64,000 bases of DNA from Pseudomonadota bacterium (GTDB lineage Bacteria > Pseudomonadota > Gammaproteobacteria > Burkholderiales > JAJZQI01), in NCBI GenBank assembly GCA_021851875.1, contig JAJZQI010000001.1:19511-83510 (forward strand), in the 5' to 3' direction. The position numbers and the translations under genes were made by a program. This document shows positions 57,578 to 64,000 of the stretch, piece by piece; positions within the stretch are counted from its first letter, which is position 1; each line of letters starts with the position of its first letter. The notes under the pieces were generated by a model. That model worked only from the letters and a program-made list of their open reading frames with translations. It searched no databases and was not told where the DNA came from.

Positions 57578-57862
57578 TCAGTCCGGCCCTAAATGGCCAA
57601 CGGTTTTATTGAATGCCGGCTGTTCCCACAGGTTGGTGTCGTGCGGAGCGTTGTCGATGTGTACGCGGGTTGCATTCAGCAACTTGAGAAAAATCAGTTC
57701 GCTGATGACCGTGTCGGGGAAGCCTTTTCTGTCGCCGCGATCATCCAGCAGCAGGTGATCCAGGTGCAATTCCAGTTCCGGATAGCCCCACAGTTCAACG
57801 ATCCTGGGCAACAGGCGCGGAAACTCCTTTTCCAGCTCAGAGGCATAACGGATGTCTGCCAT
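57578..57862 (-). CDS. hypothetical protein (94 aa)
   Basis: ORF with neighbour-like codon usage. No family recognised. Confidence 0.35.
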   Translation of the reverse strand: MADIRYASELEKEFPRLLPRIVELWGYPELELHLDHLLLDDRGDRKGFPDTVISELIFLKLLNATRVHIDNAPHDTNLWEQPAFNKTVGHLGPD

Positions 57863-57933
57863 ACTCCCCTCCTTGTAAAATATAATTCCAGTTTCATCTT
57901 AGCATATCTAATTGCCTGCTCACGTCCTGAAAT

Positions 57934-58866
57934 ATGTCTGAAAGCCCCGATAGCACTGATATGAGCGCGCGCGGATCAGTCGGCCGGTTTGCCCCGTCAC
58001 CGACCGGGCCTTTGCATTTCGGTTCACTTGTCGCGGCAATCGGCAGTTTCGTTCATGCCCGCGCCAAGGGTGGGGCATGGCTGGTGCGCATGGAAGATGT
58101 CGATAAACCAAGAGAAATGCCGGGTGCGGCAGACGGCATCTTGCGTACCCTGGAGCGTTTCGGACTGGAATGGGACGGCGCGGTGATGTACCAAAGTCGG
58201 CGTACCGACGCCTATGTCCAGGCACTGGAGGAATTGTGCGACAGGGGCTTGGTTTATGGCTGCGCCTGTTCGCGCAAGGACATCGCCGAGCATGCGCATA
58301 TGGGAATGGACGGACCGGTTTACCCCGGCACGTGCCGGGGGCGGCTAGGGCGCGCAAGGGCGACCCGGGCGTGGCGTTTTGTCGTGCCCGAGCAGCCCGT
58401 CTGTTTCACCGATGCCATTCTGGGCAAGCACTGTTTCGACATGGCGCGCGATCTGGGCGATTTTGTGGTGCGGCGCGCGGATGGCCTGTTTGCCTATCAG
58501 CTGGCGGTTGTCGTGGACGATGCCGGGCAAGGCGTGACCGAAGTCGTGCGAGGGGCCGATTTATTGCTTTCCACTCCGCGCCAGCTTGTCCTGCAACAGG
58601 CATTGGGCTTGCCTGTGCCGGAGTATGCCCATTTGCCGCTCGCACTCAATGAGCAAGGGGAAAAGCTGTCCAAACAGACCCTGGCTCCTGCAGTTGCGGC
58701 AGCGGATGTTGCTTCGCTGTGGCGGCAGGTGTTGCGTTTCCTGGGGCAGGACCTGCCGGCTGGGCTGGAGCGGGCACCCATGCGCGAATTGCGCACGTGG
58801 GCCACGCGAAACTGGCAGCCAGGCCGCGTCCCGCAGCATTCTTCCCGTGTTGTCGTACAGCTGTAA
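57934..58866 (+). CDS. gluQ: glutamyl-Q tRNA(Asp) synthetase
   Basis: GRFAPSPTGPLHFGSL (HIGH-type) and KLSKQ. Truncated GluRS-like, 310 aa, with no anticodon-binding domain. Confidence 0.9.
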   Translation: MSESPDSTDMSARGSVGRFAPSPTGPLHFGSLVAAIGSFVHARAKGGAWLVRMEDVDKPREMPGAADGILRTLERFGLEWDGAVMYQSRRTDAYVQALEELCDRGLVYGCACSRKDIAEHAHMGMDGPVYPGTCRGRLGRARATRAWRFVVPEQPVCFTDAILGKHCFDMARDLGDFVVRRADGLFAYQLAVVVDDAGQGVTEVVRGADLLLSTPRQLVLQQALGLPVPEYAHLPLALNEQGEKLSKQTLAPAVAAADVASLWRQVLRFLGQDLPAGLERAPMRELRTWATRNWQPGRVPQHSSRVVVQL

Positions 58867-58918
58867 CATCAAGGGGTTAAAGTAAGCCACTTTTGCTGCT
58901 AGCCGGAAGGGCGGCCTC

Positions 58919-60112
58919 ATGCGTATCTTGATGTTGTCGGATGTGTATTTCCCTCGTGTAAATGGTGTTTCCACATCCATCATGACCTTTCGCGAGGAAC
59001 TTGAGCGAATGGGGCATGAAGTCGTCTTGGTTGCCCCCCGCTACGGCGTCGCCGGCGAGGAGGAAAGCGAGCAAGTGGTGCGCGTGCCGTCCAGTCGCGT
59101 CATTTTGGATCCCGAAGACCGCATGATGCACTGGGGAGCCTTGCATGAGCAGCTGGAGACATTATGGCGGGAGCGCCCCTTTGATCTGCTGCACATCCAC
59201 ACCCCTTTTGTGGCGCATTATGCCGGTGTACGGTGGGCCAAGCGCCACGGTATTCCCTGCGTGGAAACCTATCACACCTTTTTCGAGGCCTATCTGCATC
59301 ACTACATTCCGTTCATGCCGCGTTTTGTGATGCGCGCCATGGCGCGGCGCTTTTCACGCGAGCAGTGCAACAATGTCGATGGCCTGGTCGTGCCGTCCAC
59401 GCTCATGCAGGCGGAATTGGGGCGTTACGGTGTGAGCGTGACAAGCGAGGTCATTCCGACCGGGATCGAACTGGAGGAATTCAGTACCGGCGACGGGCTG
59501 CGTTTCCGTGCAACCCACGGCATCAGTCCTGCAAGACCCGTGCTGCTTTATCTCGGCCGGGTGGCATTCGAAAAGAACATCGCTTTCTTGCTGGATATGC
59601 TGGTGCAGGTGTTGCGCGACAAGCCGGATACGCTGCTTGTCGTCGCCGGAGAAGGGCCAGCCGAGAAAAGTCTGCACGAACGGGCAAAACGGCTTGGCTT
59701 GCAAAATAGCGTCCTCTTTGTCGGCTATCTCAAACGCGGGCCGGAGTTGCTGGACTGTTACAAGGCGGCAGACGTGTTCGTTTTTGCGTCGCGCACGGAA
59801 ACGCAGGGGCTGGTGCTGCTTGAAGCCATGGCGCTGGGGGTGCCGGTAGTCGCATTGTCGATCATGGGAACCCGCGATATCCTGCAGCCGGGCAGTGGAG
59901 CGCTGGTGCCCGAGGATGATGTAAATGACTTTGCCGACGAGGTGCTCAAGCTGTTGCGCGACGAAGAGCTGCGCAAATGGCTGGGGGCCGAGGGCGTGCA
60001 GTATGTCCAGAACTGGAAGGCAGACCGTCTTGCGGTACGGTTGGATACATTCTATTCGCAAATACAGCAGGCGTATTCCTCTAAAGGCGTGTTGGCCGGA
60101 CAGACAGTCTGA
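58919..60112 (+). CDS. glycosyltransferase family 4 (GT-B)
   Basis: MRILMLSDVYFPRVNGVSTSI N-terminus and C-terminal E(x7)E region (SRTETQGLVLLEAMALGVPVV). Confidence 0.8.
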   Translation: MRILMLSDVYFPRVNGVSTSIMTFREELERMGHEVVLVAPRYGVAGEEESEQVVRVPSSRVILDPEDRMMHWGALHEQLETLWRERPFDLLHIHTPFVAHYAGVRWAKRHGIPCVETYHTFFEAYLHHYIPFMPRFVMRAMARRFSREQCNNVDGLVVPSTLMQAELGRYGVSVTSEVIPTGIELEEFSTGDGLRFRATHGISPARPVLLYLGRVAFEKNIAFLLDMLVQVLRDKPDTLLVVAGEGPAEKSLHERAKRLGLQNSVLFVGYLKRGPELLDCYKAADVFVFASRTETQGLVLLEAMALGVPVVALSIMGTRDILQPGSGALVPEDDVNDFADEVLKLLRDEELRKWLGAEGVQYVQNWKADRLAVRLDTFYSQIQQAYSSKGVLAGQTV

Positions 60113-60166
60113 TTTGTCGGTCAGCTCTGATAAAATGGCTTTTTTATCAGATTTGGCCTGACTTTC

Positions 60167-61039
60167 ATGGAACACGACAAGCTTCAGCGGTTTATGTTTG
60201 AACATGGTGAAGTGCGCGGCGAACTCGTTCGCCTGACCGACAGCTGGCGCCACGTGCTGGAACGTCGTGACTATCCTCCGGTAATCCGCTCGCTGCTGGG
60301 GGAAATGATGGCTTCCGCTGTCATGCTGGCTGCCATGCTCAAGTTTGACGGCACTCTGGTGATGCAGATGCAGGGCAGCGGCCCTATCCGTTTGCTGGTT
60401 GTAGAGTGCCGCAGTGATCTGGCAATACGTGCCACCGCCAAGCATGATGATTGCGCCGACCTGGCGAATCTGCCCGACTTGCTCGGCAAAGGACACTTTG
60501 TCATTACCCTGGACCCGGCCGACCCCGATCAAACCGCCTATCAGGGTATAGTTCCGCTGCATGGCAACACGGTGGCCGAGGCGCTGGAACATTACCTGAT
60601 GCAATCCGAGCAACTGCCGACCCGTATCTGGCTGGCCGTCGATGAGCAATCGTCCGCCGGCATGATGCTGCAGCGTATGCCGGGCGCCAGCAGCGATGAG
60701 TTGTGGCAAGAAGCGCTGGCCCCGGCTGCGACAGTCAAGGCGGACGAATTGCTGAAACTCGACTTCATGACGCTGCTGCACCGCTTGTTCAACGAACACG
60801 ATACGCGTGTCTTCGAATCCATGCCAGTGCGCTTTTCCTGCACCTGCTCACGTGAGAAGGTGGCAGGCATGCTGCGCATGCTGGGGCCGGACGAGGTCGA
60901 GGCCGCTCTGGCTGAACAAGCTGAAATCGATGTGGCGTGCGAGTTTTGCGGCCAGCATTATCTGTTTGATGCAGTTGATGCTGCGCAGTTGTTCGCTGCT
61001 CCTGAGAGTCTTGCGGAAGACTCGAAAAAACTGCACTGA
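60167..61039 (+). CDS. hslO: redox-regulated chaperone Hsp33
   Basis: C-terminal zinc centre CTCSREKV...CEFCGQHY. Confidence 0.93.
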   Translation: MEHDKLQRFMFEHGEVRGELVRLTDSWRHVLERRDYPPVIRSLLGEMMASAVMLAAMLKFDGTLVMQMQGSGPIRLLVVECRSDLAIRATAKHDDCADLANLPDLLGKGHFVITLDPADPDQTAYQGIVPLHGNTVAEALEHYLMQSEQLPTRIWLAVDEQSSAGMMLQRMPGASSDELWQEALAPAATVKADELLKLDFMTLLHRLFNEHDTRVFESMPVRFSCTCSREKVAGMLRMLGPDEVEAALAEQAEIDVACEFCGQHYLFDAVDAAQLFAAPESLAEDSKKLH

Positions 61040-61043
61040 GCGC

Positions 61044-61078
61044 GACCGGGGCTGCACCGCTCGCCGTGGTGCCCGGTC
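61044..61078. terminator. hairpin between convergent hslO and the Panacea-domain gene
   Basis: GACCGGG...CCCGGTC outer stem plus CACC/GGTG inner stem with a bulge. No clear U-run. Confidence 0.4.
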
Positions 61079-61084
61079 TGAATT

Positions 61085-61576
61085 TCAGCTGACGCGCGAT
61101 TGAATACGGCGGCGCAATTTAATACGGCTGCCGTAATACTCCTGCATCATCTCGCGGGTGATCCGACTGTCGCTCGGATGGTGCGGGAAGGCTTCGGCCC
61201 GGGCGGCCAGCCAGGGTTCTTCCTGATGGGTCAGTTCTTCCAGTTTGGTGGCCGAAAACTGACCATAGACTTCCCAGACTTCGTCGAGAAAATCATGTAC
61301 CTCCCGCGGCAATAGCGACGGGTCGGTCAGCATCATTGTCGGCGGGATCGGATGCCAGGACAGCTGGCGGAAGCGGGCGTAAATCTCTCGGCAGACCGGC
61401 CCATGCCGCCACGCTTCCAGCCGGTTGTGGAACAACTCCTTGCCGTGCATGGCCAGATGCCATGCCTGCGCGTAGTAAAGCAGCTTTTGCAGCTTCAGGT
61501 GGGTCATATTGTCGCCCGCCTTACGGTCTACCTTCAGAATGAAATAATCTGCAATCTGGTGAACACTGATATCCAT
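61085..61576 (-). CDS. Panacea/DUF4065 domain protein (PanA/SocA-type antitoxin family)
   Basis: THLKLQKLLYYAQAWHLAMHGKELFHNRLEAWRHGPVCREIYARF matches the LKLQKLLYY...AW.yGPV core of DUF4065. Confidence 0.8.
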   Translation of the reverse strand: MDISVHQIADYFILKVDRKAGDNMTHLKLQKLLYYAQAWHLAMHGKELFHNRLEAWRHGPVCREIYARFRQLSWHPIPPTMMLTDPSLLPREVHDFLDEVWEVYGQFSATKLEELTHQEEPWLAARAEAFPHHPSDSRITREMMQEYYGSRIKLRRRIQSRVS

Positions 61577-61645
61577 GGGCCCGGTTCTCCATGAGGGTCA
61601 TCTGGTCAAGATCAGGATGTGCGGGGGAGTGCACATATACTTTTC

Positions 61646-61673
61646 AGTATAGAAGTGTGAATTGGATTTGCAA
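61646..61673 (-). promoter_or_regulatory. candidate promoter of the Panacea-domain gene (TTGCAA, 16-nt spacer, TATACT), with -10 overlapping an imperfect palindrome
   Basis: Hexamers read on the minus strand. The palindrome CACATATACTtttcAGTATAgaAGTG at 61632-61657 overlaps the -10. Confidence 0.4.
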
Positions 61674-61717
61674 AACAATTATTTCGTTTGTTTCCATTGT
61701 GAATTACGGCCGGGGAG

Positions 61718-61746
61718 TTGGGCGGCGACAGGCTCTTTGCTATGAT
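61718..61746 (+). promoter_or_regulatory. candidate promoter of the 184-aa gene (TTGGGC, 17-nt spacer, TGcTATGAT extended -10)
   Basis: Hexamers read directly. RBS GGGAGAG sits 6 nt before the ATG at 61786. Confidence 0.4.
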
Positions 61747-61785
61747 AAAACCTCAGTGAGATGAAGTCCGATAGGGAGAGCCTGT

Positions 61786-62340
61786 ATGGCGCAATTGCCA
61801 CCCAAACACCAGCAAATTATCCAGACCCACGCCGCCCTCATCGTGAAAGTGGTCGAAACATGCGCCAATCCGGCACAACGCCCGCAGCTGGAGAAGGCGC
61901 TGGATATTTCCGCCCAGAATGGCTGGGGCAAGCTGGTTGCCGCCATTCGCGCTATTCTCGACGGCAAGCGGGATCAGGCTGTCCTGGGCGGTCTGGATGA
62001 AGAGGACGGCATCATCGTGGAAGCCATCCTGCGCGGCCTGCAGGACCCCGCGACATTGCCCGACCCCAATGCCGAGCCGGATGCTTCGGTGGCCGCACCT
62101 GCCTTGGCCAGCCTGATTCAGGCGGCTGGCACGGGCAATGCCATGGCGCTTAAAATGCTGGCCGACATGGCGGAACAGATGTCCAAAGCCGGCGGAGAAA
62201 TGACACGCCTTGGCGGCATCATGCGCCATATGGTCAACGGCGAGCGCGATCCTGACGTGCTGACCAAAAACATGGGCAGCGATACCCGTCAGTTGGTGAT
62301 GCAGATTCTGGAAGAACTGTCGAAATTGACGGTGCACTGA
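61786..62340 (+). CDS. hypothetical helical protein with an internal ~35-aa duplication
   Basis: The two repeat units are LVAAIRAILDGKRDQAVLGGLDEEDGIIVEAILRGL and LGGIMRHMVNGERDPDVLTKNMGSDTRQLVMQILEEL. No family recognised. Confidence 0.5.
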   Translation: MAQLPPKHQQIIQTHAALIVKVVETCANPAQRPQLEKALDISAQNGWGKLVAAIRAILDGKRDQAVLGGLDEEDGIIVEAILRGLQDPATLPDPNAEPDASVAAPALASLIQAAGTGNAMALKMLADMAEQMSKAGGEMTRLGGIMRHMVNGERDPDVLTKNMGSDTRQLVMQILEELSKLTVH

Positions 62341-62610
62341 ATGCGACGTATTTCCTGGGTAAGGGGGCAGGTAGTCAGATGCGGCGGCGGAGTCAAATCA
62401 TTGCCGGCGGCTAATGATGGTACAATAGCCCACTCGTTATTGGCTTTCAGTTTGCGCCACACAGCGTTTGCATATTGCTTTGTTGCATCAACACTCCCAG
62501 CGTATGATTGCCGCATCACTTTCACCTCGATGATCTCTGTTTTTAGCGCTGGTCTGGCTTGAGATTACTCGCTGGCATGAACTTCTCACCCCTGAAAGAT
62601 ACTCACCGTA

Positions 62611-63657
62611 ATGGCTCTGCTTTCTTGTTTGCAGCTTGATAAGAATGAGCTGGATTGGCAGTCAACGGACTGGATTGAGCGAACTCTTGGGATAATTCGG
62701 GTTGGGTCCGCGTATGAATCCGGAATAGAAGGGATTCCTCTCCAGCTGGTTAATATGCCCTTGCTTGGCAGTGATAAGGGCATGGTGTCCGATGTCTGGC
62801 TTGCTGGTGGGGCATGCCGTTCGGGGGGGCAGAATGGATTAAGTTACCGTTACAATGGTCATGTTCTGTTCGCGGTGCTGACGCTGGACGAGCACCTGTT
62901 GACCGCATTGGCCGGTTCGCTGCCGCTGCAACGGGCGACTGAACAGGCTTATGAGCGGCTTTTCCGTTTGCTGGATGAGCAGGGTTATCCCTATTTGTGG
63001 CGGGTTTGGAATTATCTGGCTGATATCAATGTTGAAGAGGGCGGGCTTGAGCGGTACCGGCAGTTCAATGTGGGACGTCAGCTTGCCTATGAAAAATGCG
63101 GACGGGCGGTGGGTGGTTATGCTTCTGCAGCTTGCGCTCTTGGAACAGCCGCAGGCCCCCTGACTGTCGCAGTGATGGCGGGAAAAACGGCGCCGGTTTT
63201 GCTGGAAAATCCGCGGCAAGTGCGGGCGTGCGATTATCCCTCGGTATACGGTCCGCGCAGTCCGGTATTTTCCCGTGCGGCATTGGCGAAACTGCCAGGG
63301 CAGGAATTGCTTTTCATTTCTGGCACCGCCAGTATCGTTGGGCATCGGACCATGCATGTCGGCGATGTGGCAGCGCAAACGCGCGAAACACTGGCCAATA
63401 TTGCGGCGGTGCTGCAAGAGGCCAATCGGGTGGCACCGGGTTTGCCGTTCACGCTTTCCCAATTGAGCTACCGGACTTATATCCGTCATGCGGCCGATTT
63501 GGATGCGGTGCGTGCGGAGGTGCAACGGCAGGTTGGCGGTGCGCAGGTCCAGTATGTTCAGGCGGATGTGTGCCGTAGCGATTTGCTGGTGGAAATAGAG
63601 GCCATGGCCAGCCGAACGGCGGAACAACAGGATGCTGCCGGGGTGGGTGTGGCATGA
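62611..63657 (+). CDS. XanB2/FkbO-Hyg5-type chorismatase (often annotated pteridine-dependent deoxygenase-like); start uncertain
   Basis: C-terminal YjgF/RidA-like segment LLFISGTASIVGHRTMHVGDVAAQTRETLANIAAVL, and an N-terminal domain resembling XanB2 homologues (VWLAGG...YRYNGHVLFAVLTLDE). Confidence 0.65.
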   Translation: MALLSCLQLDKNELDWQSTDWIERTLGIIRVGSAYESGIEGIPLQLVNMPLLGSDKGMVSDVWLAGGACRSGGQNGLSYRYNGHVLFAVLTLDEHLLTALAGSLPLQRATEQAYERLFRLLDEQGYPYLWRVWNYLADINVEEGGLERYRQFNVGRQLAYEKCGRAVGGYASAACALGTAAGPLTVAVMAGKTAPVLLENPRQVRACDYPSVYGPRSPVFSRAALAKLPGQELLFISGTASIVGHRTMHVGDVAAQTRETLANIAAVLQEANRVAPGLPFTLSQLSYRTYIRHAADLDAVRAEVQRQVGGAQVQYVQADVCRSDLLVEIEAMASRTAEQQDAAGVGVA

Positions 63658-64000
63658 TCGCCCAGCCATCCGCCGCCCGTTCATTCGTGTGGTCGTTCTA
63701 CGAATACGCGGCCATGGTCATGGGGCTGCTGGTCTTGCTGCTGTTTTGTCTAATCTGGCTGCCTTTTGCGCTGGTTCTGCCGCTATTGCTGCCAAGCGAG
63801 GCCGGTCGGCGGATAGGGCGCTGGATGATCGCTTTGGGTTTCCGGTTGTACCTGGCTTTCCTGCAATGGACATGCTCCAGCCGCTTTGACCTCGCTGAAC
63901 TGGATGCCCTGCGCGACCAGGGGCCGCTGATTCTGGTGGCCAATCATCCTTCTTTGATCGATGCGGTGCTGGTCGTGTCGCGCTTGCCCAATGCGGTGTG
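63654..64000 (+). CDS. lysophospholipid (PlsC-type) acyltransferase, 3' end outside window
   Basis: ATGA overlap with the previous gene. My translation: MIAQPSAARSFVWSFYEYAAMVMGLLVLLLFCLIWLPF...GPLILVANHPSLIDAVLVVSRLPNAV, containing the HX4D motif (NHPSLID). Not in the track because there is no stop in the window. Confidence 0.7.
   Translation, partial: MIAQPSAARSFVWSFYEYAAMVMGLLVLLLFCLIWLPFALVLPLLLPSEAGRRIGRWMIALGFRLYLAFLQWTCSSRFDLAELDALRDQGPLILVANHPSLIDAVLVVSRLPNAV

Noticed and set aside
61577-61785. Small minus-strand ORFs (23 and 17 codons) upstream of the Panacea gene as candidate toxins
   Set aside because: They have no RBS, overlap the predicted promoter, are not hydrophobic or otherwise toxin-like, and are in a different frame without coupling. 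They are kept only as a remote possibility under the orphan-antitoxin finding.

Overview
GC-rich, tightly packed chromosomal segment. Gene content and synteny look betaproteobacterial: an ECF sigma-DUF3619-DUF3106-RDD module, ilvIHC-psd-pssA, pepA-holC-x-valS and lptFG. The organism is probably a microaerophilic lithotroph, judging from a Cyc2-like cytochrome-porin fusion, OxyR with erythrin/rubredoxin/rubredoxin reductase, a DsrE-like protein and urease; the taxonomy is inference only. I support about 65 protein genes, nearly all housekeeping: ureCEFG, ilvIHC, leuA, valS, glgA/glgP, rsgA, orn, hslO, gluQ and pilU. I saw no rRNA, tRNA, CRISPR array, transposase, integrase or recognisable phage or defence gene, and I cannot point to a clear-cut novel multi-gene system. 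The observations most worth a second look are: (1) a stand-alone Cyc2-like fused monoheme cytochrome/porin; (2) a family of intergenic heptanucleotide tandem arrays at six loci, plus a 36-nt hairpin element present twice with a compensatory stem change; (3) a translationally coupled four-gene operon of unknown role (134-aa protein, LplA-like ligase, receiver-like protein, PfkB kinase) running into oxyR and a complete NADH-rubredoxin-erythrin peroxidase set, including a 54-codon rubredoxin missing from the ORF track; (4) an orphan Panacea/DUF4065 (PanA-type antitoxin) gene with no co-directional partner, next to a 184-aa internally repeated unknown and a low-GC remnant; (5) the edge of an aryl-polyene/xanthomonadin-type cluster at the right end of the window; (6) a decayed tandem paralogue of the FadL-family porin. 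Many very long ORFs in the track are antisense artefacts of the high GC content, and several track ORFs carry spurious N-terminal extensions, which I trimmed.
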